64,000 nucleotides of DNA from Balamuthia mandrillaris (lineage: Eukaryota): assembly GCA_031835245.2 (NCBI GenBank), contig JAVKOQ020000074.1, forward strand, positions 1-64,000. Direction: 5' to 3'. The stretch's first letter is position 1; each line of letters begins with the position of its first letter. This document shows, in pieces, positions 14,443 to 25,150 of this stretch. A model generated the notes under the pieces. That model was given only the letters and a program-made list of their open reading frames with translations. It had not been told where the DNA came from and made no database searches. A program made the position numbers and the translations under genes.

Positions 14443-14817
14443 CATCGTCGCGGGAAGCGGGTATCGAAACCAAAGCAAAGCAACAGCGCCGTTAGCTTTG
14501 ATGGGACGGAGCGACCCAACTTTCCGATGGAAGACCTTTCCCAAAACAACCACACAACCGACGATCACGAGCAGGGCACCCCTTGTAGGACACTTTTGGG
14601 ACGCCATTAAAGCGCACCTCCATTTGCTGACATCAGCATGTCTGCACTGAAAACCACTAGAAGGTGTGCTGACGTGGCCGACCCGCTGTGAATGGAGAGG
14701 TCAAACATCGTTTCGGTGAAGCAAGAAAAAGAGATGAAAAGGAGATGAACTCTTTTCTTGCTTCTTCTTTTTTCTTCTTCTTCCAGCAAACAAACAAACA
14801 GACAAACCTAACACGCA

Positions 14818-17674
14818 ATGGAACTTGGGTCCAACTTGGTCGATTTGAACTGCGACGAGGACGAGGAGGTTGAGTTTGGTATGACAATTGAAGCTAAGCT
14901 CTCTTATATTTTTGTGTTATATAATGTAAACCTCTGACCTCTCGATTATTTTTTATTTTCTTTTTCATCTTCGCCCCCTCCTTCCTCCCTCCATTTCTTT
15001 AAGCCGCCGAACAAAACCTGTTCAGCGGGTTCTCTTTTGCCGCTCCTCCCCAACAGCAACAACAGCAACAACCCCAGCCGTCATCCTCCGCCGGGGGTGC
15101 CACCGCCTCATTTGCATCCAGTTTTTCTGCTCCTCCTCCCTCACCTCAGCAGCAGCAGCAGCAGGCGAGGAGCAATGTTACGGCCCCTCCTCCCTCCTCC
15201 TTCTCCCTCTTTGGGGGCGCTCGCAGGAAGAAAGTCAGGCAGGCCACCACCAACGTGATCTCCCTCCAGCTGGGCTCTTTGAGCGAGGACGTGGCCGTCG
15301 CCACCGGCGACCCCATCTTTTGCAAACATTGTGGCGCTGCTTTCAGCCATCTCAGCAAACTCTCTCCAACCAAACCGACTTCTTCCTCTGCTTCTTCTTC
15401 CTCTTCCTCCTCTTCTTCCTCCTCCTCGTCTTCCTCGTCTTCCTCTTCTATGGATGTGGTGAAGGAAGGAGAGGAAGCCGAGGAATGTGAGGGATACTGG
15501 AGTTGTGAGTTTTGTGGAACGGTTACTGGCGTCAACGCCGATCCTGAAGAGGTGACTTTTTTCTCATGCTTTCCTTCCTTCTCATCTTTAAGGCTTTGTT
15601 GTGTATAACCTCGAGCCCAACAAACAGCTACCCAAGGACGAGAGCGTGGACTACATATTAGAGCCACCGAGCGAGAGCGAGACCTCGTCCGATGGTTCCA
15701 ACGAGAAGGTCCTCATCTTTTGCATCGATATATCCGGCTCCATGTGCGTTACCACAGAGATCCAGGGAAAACATACCCTGAAAGGACGACCCGATCTTGA
15801 GAAACTGGCTGCTCTCAACACCGAAGGAGCCGACCAGTACGTTATCCTACCATCCACCTCTCTTCTCTATTTTATCTTTATAACACGTTAGGTGGGCTTA
15901 CTCTCTGTTCACAAAACCAAAAGGTGGGGCAGACACCAAAGGAGAGATGTAACTTATGTCTCGCGCCTCCAATCCGTGCAGGCTGCCATCGACGCACAAC
16001 TTGAACAACTCGCCAAAGAGCAACCCAATCGTCGCGTTGGGATCATCACCTTCAACAACGATGTCACCATTTTGGGCGACCAAGAAGGTGGAACCATCAC
16101 CATCACCGGCGATAAGCTCAATGATCACTCTCAGCTGTTGGCTCTTGGTCAAAACAACTACAGAGGCTTCCAACGACCCATCCAAGACACCAGGAAGGAA
16201 CTGGGTGAGAAGCTCTTCTCCTTGGAGGAGAACGGAAGAACTGCCTTGGGACCTGCGTTGGCAGTGAGCGTCGGGTTGGCGGGAGAGAGTCGCGGCTCCG
16301 AGATTGTTGTATGCACAGATGGTTTGTCCAACGTGGGCGTGGGCGCTATGGATGAGCTCTATACGGAGGAGGATAGAGATGCTGTTCGTGCTTATTATGA
16401 ACAGATTGGGTAGGCTACTCTTCTACTTTTCTTCTTTGTGTTCTTCAGTGCTAACTGACCTTAAAAATAATGCAGAGCTTATGCGGTAAGCAAGGGTGTA
16501 ACCATCAACGTGATAAGTATAAAGGGAGAAGATTGTCGTTTGGAGAATCTTGGCGTACTTTCAGACATGACCAACGGCGAAGTAAACATTGTTGGTGCGT
16601 ATCACAATTTCATAGTAACTATACAACACACTCTTACGTTTCTTCTTTTTTTTTCTTTTTATCCCAGACCCCTTGAGGATAACTTCTGAGTTTGCGTCAA
16701 TCCTGTCTCAACCGATAATTGCCACTCATGCATCCGCTAGGCTTCAGCTCCATCGCGGCCTCTTCGTGCGTAACGATGACCAAGAAGGCGTTAGCGTTCA
16801 AGAAAAGATGAGCTTTGTCACTAAAGAGATCGGCAACGTTACTGTACGTCTTTTTTTTCGTTCTTTTGTTTTTCTTTTTATATTCTTTTTCTTTTCACTA
16901 TTTTTGTTAACGAGTATTCTTTTATTTGCTCTCTTTACTTTCATTTCTTTGAATCAACATACAGTCAGAGAGCAGCGTAACAATGGAATACGGAGTGCGC
17001 AACCAAGCCGAAATGGCAAAACTGGGACTGAACACTGAAAACCTGACGTCCCTTCCCTTCCAGCTCCAAGTCACCTACACGAAGCTCAACGGCATGAAGT
17101 GCATGCGAGTGGTGACCCGCGAGCAGCCCGTCACCAAGGACAGAGCACAGGCCGAGGCCGAAGCCAACATTGACGTGCTTGGCTTGAATAGCGTGCAAAA
17201 ATGTGCCAAGATTGCTCAACGTGGCGATTATACACATGGTTTGCATTTCTTTATCTTTTCTTTCTCCTTTTCGTTTCCTAACAATCAAAACTTGTTTGGG
17301 AAAAAACAGCTCGTTTGGAGAATTTTTCTCGCATGAAGATGATGGATAGGATTGCATCAAGGGACCAGAGCAAACAAGAAAGGTTGCACTCCTTGTGGAC
17401 TCCCCAAGCTGCCTCCTTCGAGCGAGAACTCAACTCAGCTCAAGTCACCGAACGGAACGAAGGCCTCAACTATGATGACGAGGAGGAGGACTTTGCCACC
17501 GAGAGAGAACGAGACAGAGATCGTGATAGAGGCGATGCGAAGAAAGTGGCCGCCAAAGAACGTGCCAACAGAAGAACGGATGCTGTCTCCAACATGCTTT
17601 GGAACATGCAGAGCAAGAGAAAGCCGGTGGGCAAAGGAGGCAAAGGCCTCGGCAAGGGAAGCAGTTCCAAATAA
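14818..17674 (+). CDS. Sec23/24-type zinc finger + vWA protein (resembles the vWA part of Dictyostelium circularly permuted Ras protein 1), spliced
   Basis: Exon 1 MELGSNLVDLNCDEDEEVEF; TGDPIFCKHC..WSCEFCG; MIDAS IFCIDISGSM, TALGPAL, VCTDGLSN. Confidence 0.82.
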
Positions 17675-17864
17675 TTGAATGGAGAGTGGCTATCCACTGA
17701 AGTAAATACCCCATTTTTGTACTTCTTCTTTTTCTTCTTCGTTCTTCTTCTTGTTCTTCTTCTTCTTCTTGAGAAAGCGTGCTCAACACTTGTGAAAAAA
17801 GATTGGATGTTGAGTTTTATTTACAGCAAACCGTCCACATTATCTGTTTCATCAACCTTCCCGT

Positions 17865-18605
17865 TTACAACACCGCCAAGTTATCGTCATCGACCTTGAC
17901 AGTGATTCTCACCACAGCCTTGACGAACTGCTCTGGCTCGGGCTTCACAAAGGAGGAGGAGGAGGAAGAGGAGGAGGAGGAGGAGGAGGACCACCAGTCC
18001 ACCACGCTGCCAAACTTCTCCTTGCCCTTGATGATGTCCACTGACACCACCTCCACCTTCAAGATCTTCTCGAACTCCAAGTCCAAGGCGTCTGCGATGT
18101 CGTCGAACTGCCTCTCAATGTCCTTGAGGGCCTTCTCCAAGGCCTCCTCCTGAGCCTCCTTGAAGTCATCCTTGTCCACCAAGAACTTGATGAAGTCCAC
18201 CCGGTTGGCTCCCGCGTAGATGGCCCCATCGATGATGAAGCCCAACTTCTCCACATCCTTCACCTTGAAGCTCAGGATGTGCACGGCCACGAAGCCCACC
18301 AGCTTGTTGTACTTGATCACTGGGCGGATGTCGAAGAACGCTGTCTCGATGTCCTCCACGTCGTCCACGTTCTTGAGGAAGTGGACGATGCGGGCGATGA
18401 TGAAGGCAGCCTTTTCTTGGGCTTGGCGGGCAGTTTTGGCGAAGACCTCCACTCCCAGAAAGACCTTGGCATCATCGGCTTCCACTCCCACAATGCCTTC
18501 TCCTGTCAATGTCACGGTTTGTTTCCATTCCCACTCCTCCGCATGGGTGAAAGAGGCCAAAGAGGCGGCGAGGATGAAAACCAAAACGAAAGCTGTTCTT
18601 GCCAT
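17865..18605 (-). CDS. Secreted SIMPL/DUF541 protein, copy 3
   Basis: Near-identical paralog, opposite strand. Confidence 0.88.
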   Translation of the reverse strand: MARTAFVLVFILAASLASFTHAEEWEWKQTVTLTGEGIVGVEADDAKVFLGVEVFAKTARQAQEKAAFIIARIVHFLKNVDDVEDIETAFFDIRPVIKYNKLVGFVAVHILSFKVKDVEKLGFIIDGAIYAGANRVDFIKFLVDKDDFKEAQEEALEKALKDIERQFDDIADALDLEFEKILKVEVVSVDIIKGKEKFGSVVDWWSSSSSSSSSSSSSFVKPEPEQFVKAVVRITVKVDDDNLAVL

Positions 18606-18679
18606 CGTTGTTTGATGTTGTTGTTGTTGTTTGTTTGTTGTGAGGTGAGAGGTGAAGACGAATGAACGAGCTCAATCGT

Positions 18680-18724
18680 ATTTATACAGCTCCGGGAGGC
18701 GTCCCTCTGGTAAATGTCGGAAAT
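18680..18724 (-). promoter_or_regulatory. ATTTCC + TATAAAT promoter of SIMPL copy 3
   Basis: Reverse-strand ATTTCC 18724-18719, TATAAAT 18686-18680. Confidence 0.65.
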
Positions 18725-19280
18725 ACCGTGGGAGGAAAGTGCTTCAAATGAGCCCTTTTCATCTGAAACGATTTCGTGGAACTCCAAGCGTTGAGCACCA
18801 TGATAAGGTAATGGTCTCGTTTTTGTCTTCCTTGATAACTCCATAAACGTGCCCGCTCAACCTTGTCGTTAGTTTCACACAGGAGATAAACTGCACAAGG
18901 AATTTCAGCTGGAATTATTGCCCATAAAGGCAATATAGACCTTCATTATTAAAAAGCAACACAAGGCACAAATGCACCCAAATAACGTTCGCCGTTGATG
19001 TAGTGTTTACACGATATTTCATGATGTTTCCTGCTCCTCTTCAGCTTGTTCATAGGATATCTTACTCTCTTTTGTTCTCCGTTTCACGGTTTTATTGTTT
19101 CTTTTGACTTTTCACTTTGCCTCTCCGTCCGTTGGATGGACAAGGCAGCCGTCCCCAAAAATCTCACCATGTGTCAGAGTGAAGTCACAACTACTTGCAT
19201 TCTGGGGTTTGTCCCTGTTCTTGGCAGAACGCCAAGGGAAGAAGAAGTTGTTGCTTGTTTGCACTTTGTGAGTAAACTTC

Positions 19281-19323
<43 letters not shown>

Positions 19324-19684
19324 AATTCCACTTCATCTGTTTTTGAGCGTTGGCGTGCCTCAACCGCAGCGACTTCCAACCACATATGGTCAACCACAAG
19401 AACACGAGTGAAGGGCGCTGTCGTTTAAACCCATGACAACCGCTGTCCTGTTCTCATGTCGTGATCGGGCTTGGCTCCCTCTCTCTCCTCTCGCGCAACT
19501 TCCCACTTCTAAGTGCGAGGATCCGTTCGAGCGAAATATATTCTCCCTCAGCCCCTCTACTCTCTTTCTCTCTTCCTCTATTTCTTTCTCGCTCCCTCTC
19601 TCCTTCTCAATCTTTCAAGTCAGTTTGCGAAACGTCTGGTATAATTGAATGGGATTTAACAAAAGGAACAGGAATTCTTCATCT

Positions 19685-20428
19685 TCAATCCATTTCACCA
19701 TCACCGTCCCCGTCACCATCACCACCAACTTCATCAACCTTGACAGTGACTCTCACCACAGCCTTGACCAGCTGCTGCTGTCCTGGGGCAACGGTTGACG
19801 AAGAATAAGACCAGTCAACCACATTGCCGAACTTGCCATGACCCTTGAGGATGTCCACTGACACCACCTCCACCTTCAAGAGCTTCACGGCCTCCAAGTC
19901 CAAGTCCAAGGCTCCCAAGATGACCTCTCCTTGCTTGGCTGCAGCCAGGAGGGCCTTCTCCAAGGCATCCTCCTGAGCCTCCTTGAAGTCATCCTTGTCC
20001 ACCTAGAACTTGATGAAGTCCACCCGATTGGCTCCTGCGTAGACGGCCCCATCGATGATGAAGCCCAGCTTCTCCAAATCCTTCACCTTGAAGCTCAGGA
20101 TGTGCACGGCCACGAACCCGGCCAGCTTGTTGTACTTGATCACTGGACGGATGTCGAAGAACGCTGTCTCGATGTCCTCCACCTTCTCCTGGTTCTTGAG
20201 GAAGTTGACAATGTATGAGATGAGGAGGGCAGCTTTGTCCTGAGCTTGGTCGGCAGTTTTGGCGAAGACCTCCACTCCCAGAAAGACCTTGGCATCATCC
20301 GCTTCCACTTCCGCCACGCCTTCTCCCGTCACCGTCAAGGTCTGTTTCCATTCCCACTCCTCCGCATGGGTGAAAGAGGCCAAAGAGGCGGCGAGGATCA
20401 AAACCAAAACGAAGGCTGTTCTTGCCAT
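19685..20428 (-). pseudogene. SIMPL/DUF541 copy 4 with one in-frame TAG
   Basis: Full-length paralog, but the codon that is TTG (Leu) in the other three copies is TAG at 20003-20005; frame intact on both sides. Confidence 0.75.
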
Positions 20429-20487
20429 TGTTTGATTGTTGTTGTTTGTCGTATGAAGAAGTGGATTGGGGTTTGTTAGCTGCAACT

Positions 20488-20546
20488 ATTTATATCTGCT
20501 AATAGATGAAACAGGGAGGTGATCACCTTGTGTTCGTTGTGGAAAT
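20488..20546 (-). promoter_or_regulatory. ATTTCC + TATAAAT promoter of SIMPL copy 4
   Basis: Reverse-strand ATTTCC 20546-20541, TATAAAT 20494-20488. Confidence 0.6.
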
Positions 20547-21362
20547 TTGCCCCAAGAATGGATGCTTGCTGGAGCCTATTGGGAAATCCAGGGCAAGGAG
20601 GCTTCATGTTAGCGCAGGCCGAGTTGTTTTGGTATGTTATGAAAACATGCAGGCCTTCCTGTTATAGGCCACACCAGATAGCATTGCGTGGCAAAGTATT
20701 CCCTCTGCGGGATTTCGCACAAAAGGGCAAAGCTAGTGCTGTAAAATGTTCATATTAGCACTTTGTAATAATGCCCATTCTTGGATGGCCTATCTGAGCC
20801 AAGCAACAACCAACCAAAGTAGGGAAAAAGCGTAGGGGAATGCAAACTAACAAAGAGAGAACAGGATACCACCGCCAACGTTTTCGCATCTCGTTCAGAT
20901 TTCTCTTCTCCTTGCTGCTTTCCCCTCTCTCACTCTCTCTCTCTCTCTCTAACTCTCACTCTCTCTCGGCAGCTGTCACGCCCTTGTTCTCTTTGTCCAT
21001 CCCAACACGAACCGATCATTCCATTCACACTGTTGCAGCTTTGTTACCAGCTTGTCATGAGAGCTGACGATAGACCCGAGGGGCGCAATTTATTGCAATC
21101 AAACCCCCCTTGGGTCAGTAAGCCTTTTATAGAAGTGGTATAACGCTTCCTCAAGCTCAAGCAACTACATAGCCCCTGGCAGACATGCTACTTGTAAAAA
21201 AGAACAAGGCCCTCCCCATCCTCCTCTCGCATACTTTCTTTCGTGCTTGCGTGATTGTCCCATGTCGTCATGAAAATTAAAAGGAACATATAAAGTGTAC
21301 TCCATTGGATTCGAACCCAAATATTGTCGACAAATCATAATAAAAAACATAGAAAGAAAATA

Positions 21363-24201
21363 ATGGCAGAAGAGGAGGGGGCGCTGCTGCTGCAGGTGCG
21401 TTATACGAAGGCCTACACCACCGCCGATGTCAAAGCCGTCCGAAAGATGCGGTTCAACGGGTCTTGGATGGTGCAGCAGGCCATCGCCGTCTTCGCCAAG
21501 GAGAACAAGATCAGGGAGCCCGAGATGTACAGCTTCTACGTGCCTGGGGCCGATGAGCGTACTCTGGGCGTTTGGCTCTCCATGAACTCCACCCTCGGCG
21601 AACATAACTTGCGCAACCTGGTAAACCAACCCCTTTCTTTCTCTTTCTCTTTCTCTTTCCTCTTTCTCTATTTCATTATTCTCATCCAAATAAAACAAAA
21701 AGGATATCATAGAGCTGAAGAAGCACCCGTATATCATCTGTTTCGGCCTTTGGACCGACCTGGGAGACACCACGCCGCCGTGGTCCGTGCCCAAGGCCTT
21801 CACCGGCCAACTGCCCAGCCAGTTGAGGATCGAGATGGACTTTAGCGACTCGCTGCGCCACTTGGTGCCGGTGCTGCAGGAGCTGCTTCCCTTGAAGAAG
21901 GGAGAGGAGTACATCTTTCAGTACCTTTTTAACGAGGATGGCGTTACCAAAAGTTTGTTTGTTTCTTTTGCTTTGTTTTGTGAACATGTTCACGTGTTGG
22001 TTTTTCTGTTTGTTTGCTTTCTTCTCTTGTCTTTTCCTTCCTTTCTTTCTTTGCTTTTCTCTTTGTCTTTGTCTTTGTCTTTGCCTTTGTTGTTTGTTTG
22101 TTTGTTTGTTTGTTTGTTTGTTTGTTTGTTTGTTTGTTTGTTTGTTTGTTTGTTTGTTTGTTTGTTTGTTTGTTTGTTTGTTTGTTTGTTTGTTTGTTTG
22201 TTTGTTTGTTTGTTTGTTTGTTTTTCCCAATGTGTCTCATCTTCGTTTCCTCTCTTTTCTCTGGTGTTGTTTGTTTTTTTGATAAATAGGAAAGTTCTTG
22301 AACATAAACACTTCTTTGGTCGACCAAGGCATCGAGCCTAAAAGCTTGTTGTTGTTGACGGCGGTTTCTCTCTTCACAAAGAGAACAATCAACAGCTTGC
22401 CGGAAGGTCTCAAGAGCGGCTTCCTCACAAAGCAGAGCATCAAGGCTGGAACGCTGACTCCTCTCAAGAAACGATGGTTCGTTCTGGAGGACAACTTGCT
22501 CTATTACTGGGCAGCTAAAAATGTACCTCATCATCCCTATTGCTGTCTTCTCTCCTTCTTTCTGTTTTCTCTCACTAAAACTAACGACGCAAAAACCATT
22601 GCAGGAAGGTGGCAGTTTGGTGCTTTCTCGTGACTCGTTAAAGCTTCGACACTTGGCCAACGCTCCCAGTGGAATCATCGCTCTCGAATACTGCACCATC
22701 AGCGAACTGCATACAGACGAGAAAGGAGGATTCACCTTTGAGCTTCACAGCAAGGCCGCCGACAGCTTTTCTGGCAAACAGTACACCTACATTTTGTCGG
22801 ATGAGAACGAAGCCAACGTGCGAGAATGGATGAAGTTCTTGCGTTACAAATGTGCCAACGTTTGTATGTGTTTGTTTTTTTTTTTTTTTCCTGTGTGTCT
22901 CTTTTTCTTTTTATTTTTCTTTTTATTTTTTTTCTTCTTTTTCTTTTTCATTTTCATTTTCGTTTTCTTTCTGTTCACTTGGTGTTTTTTTTTTTCTTCT
23001 TTTTGAACGATTTTAGCCGATAGACGAATCTTTGAGATGCCATTAGACAAGGTGGTAAGACGTGGAGAGCTTCCTTCTGTGGTCGAAAAGACTGTAGCCT
23101 ACTTAATGAAAAATGGTATCTTACCTCTTCGTTCCTCTACTCTCCTCTTTGCTTTTTTGCTTCTTTTTCACAAAATATCTTTGCAAAAAACCAAAGGATT
23201 GGACGTGGAAGGCATCTTTCGAAAGTCAGGAGGAATGATAAGTGTGCAGAAATATCGTGACGCTTTTGATGCCGGTCAAGACCCAGATCTCAACGAATGC
23301 GGTGATCCTCACACTATCGCCGGCCTCCTCAAGCTCTACCTCCGAACCTTGCCGGAGCCTCTCATGACCTATGCTCTCTATCCCGACTTCCAACAAGCCA
23401 TCGAGTCCTCCTCTTGGTCTTCTCCTTCTTCTGGCGCTTCCATGAGTTCCTCCACCGAAGCAAAAGAAGCACAGAAAGAACAAGAAGCAGTGGTGGATGA
23501 GGAGACGTTGCAAAAGTTTAGAGCATTGATTAAGCAGTTGCCTCTCATCAACAGAAAGTTGTTGGCCTTCCTGATAGCTTTCCTTTGCGAAGTGGCCAAA
23601 TATTCCCAAGTCAACTTTATGCATCTCTCCAACCTCGCCACCGTATTTGGACCGAATATACTCAGCCCAAAGGTTGACACGCCGGTGGAGCTTATGGGCC
23701 ATACCGCCACCATTTGTCAAGTCATCGAGTTTATCAGTCATCATCGCGATAAGCTCTTTGTACGTGTTCTTTTCTTGTTACTTATCTTTATCTCTTGTGT
23801 TATTGTTTCGGTTTTTCGTTGTTCGTTTCTCATCTTTCCTTTGCTTACCCATTGTTGTTTTTTTTTTCAACTTTTTGATAGGATGACGAGGAGGTCCTGC
23901 CTTTGCCTTCTCCGATGATTCAACGTAGACCTTCTGCCCTCACTCAGGAGCTTGCTTCCGCCAAAGGTATACCCTTCCGCTTTCTCCCTGCCTTCTCCGT
24001 TGTTTTTGCAACCATCCAACGCAACACATCACCACAGAGCTTGCCAAGTTGCCCATTGAAGAAGGGGAGGCCACCCTCGAAAAGTTTGGGGCCTCGCTTG
24101 TACTGATAGAGAAAAGGATCCAAGCCCTCAGCCACACCGTGCTCCAACAAACAGAGCGTCGCAAACGGTTGGAAGAGTTGCTTGCTCAACTTACCATCTA
24201 G
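21363..24201 (+). CDS. RhoGAP with N-terminal ubiquitin-like (FERM F0-type) domains and PH domain, spliced
   Basis: PH KSGFLTKQ..KKRWFVLEDNLLYYW; GAP GLDVEGIFRKSG, DPHTIAGLLKLYLRTLPEPL, NLATVFGPNIL; stop TAG 24199-24201. Confidence 0.9.
22092..22221. repeat. (GTTT)n intronic microsatellite
   Basis: Directly visible. Confidence 0.97.
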
Positions 24202-24291
24202 ATGAGGTTATGTAAGTACACTTCACTGAAACAATAAAAGAAAAGCACTTCTTGGAAAGAAAGAACAAGAAAGAAGAAGCTCAACGGCGGT

Positions 24292-24732
24292 ATGACGGAG
24301 ATAGTGCAGGGAAGGCTGTGGGTTGGCTCCGTGGAGGAGGCTTTCGACGAGACGGTCCTCCGCAACGTCACCCACATCGTGAACGTGGCCAGCGAGCTCG
24401 TCATCAAGCAGCGGGCGGACCACAAGTACTTTTGGAGAGGCGTCGGGGACGACGACCCCGAAGGAAACATCACCACCATCTTGGAGCCTTGCGCAGGGTT
24501 CATCGAAGAGGCCTTGCGTGAGGGAACGGAGGGAGGACGCGAGAGCGCCGTTCTTGTTCACTGTTTAGAAGGAAAGAGCCGATCGGTGTGCGTTGTCCTG
24601 TATTACATATGTACGAGGCTGCGGAGGATGTATGATGCGGAGGAGGTTCTGAAGCATGTCAAAGAGAGGAGATCGGTTGTGGACATTTACTGGCAACAAA
24701 CCATCGAGCACTTCAACCAAGAGAGCGTATGA
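24292..24732 (+). CDS. Small atypical dual-specificity phosphatase
   Basis: EIVQGRLWVGS, VTHIVNVA, active-site VLVHCLEGKSRS; intronless. Confidence 0.9.
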   Translation: MTEIVQGRLWVGSVEEAFDETVLRNVTHIVNVASELVIKQRADHKYFWRGVGDDDPEGNITTILEPCAGFIEEALREGTEGGRESAVLVHCLEGKSRSVCVVLYYICTRLRRMYDAEEVLKHVKERRSVVDIYWQQTIEHFNQESV

Positions 24733-25150
24733 CCTCATCACATCCGTGTCTGGTCGGCTGGTGACCAGATTAGTGAGGTGATCTAAAAACCTGGCCGACT
24801 TGGCAACGCGAGAGTGAATATCCGATTCATGCTTATTCAAAATCTTGTTCATGTGGGGGCCCAGGACATGAAGCACCCATTTCCGGTCTCTCGCACGCTT
24901 CCTCTCCGCTCTGAATATCGACAAAAAAGATCGTTGATCGATCGCTGACGTAATTTGGTCAACAAAAATGAATTGAATGTCGACAATAATCACAGTCGAC
25001 AGAATTACAAGAATTCGAATTATGCAAAGAATGTGGTCTGTGTCGACAACAGGAAATCAGAAAGAAAATAAAAAGAAAAAAAAAGAGAGAGAGAAGGGCA
25101 GAGCGAGGGGCAAACAAACTTCACAAAAAAAAAAGAGAGAGATTGAACGG

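Noticed and set aside
14818..17674. Calling this gene Sec23/Sec24 or circularly permuted Ras
   Set aside because: Too short for Sec23/24 and no Ras G-motifs are visible
20003..20005. Alternative genetic code, or selenocysteine/pyrrolysine recoding
   Set aside because: TAG is used as a normal stop elsewhere (13794-13796, 24199-24201), the paralogs have Leu here, and no recoding element is seen
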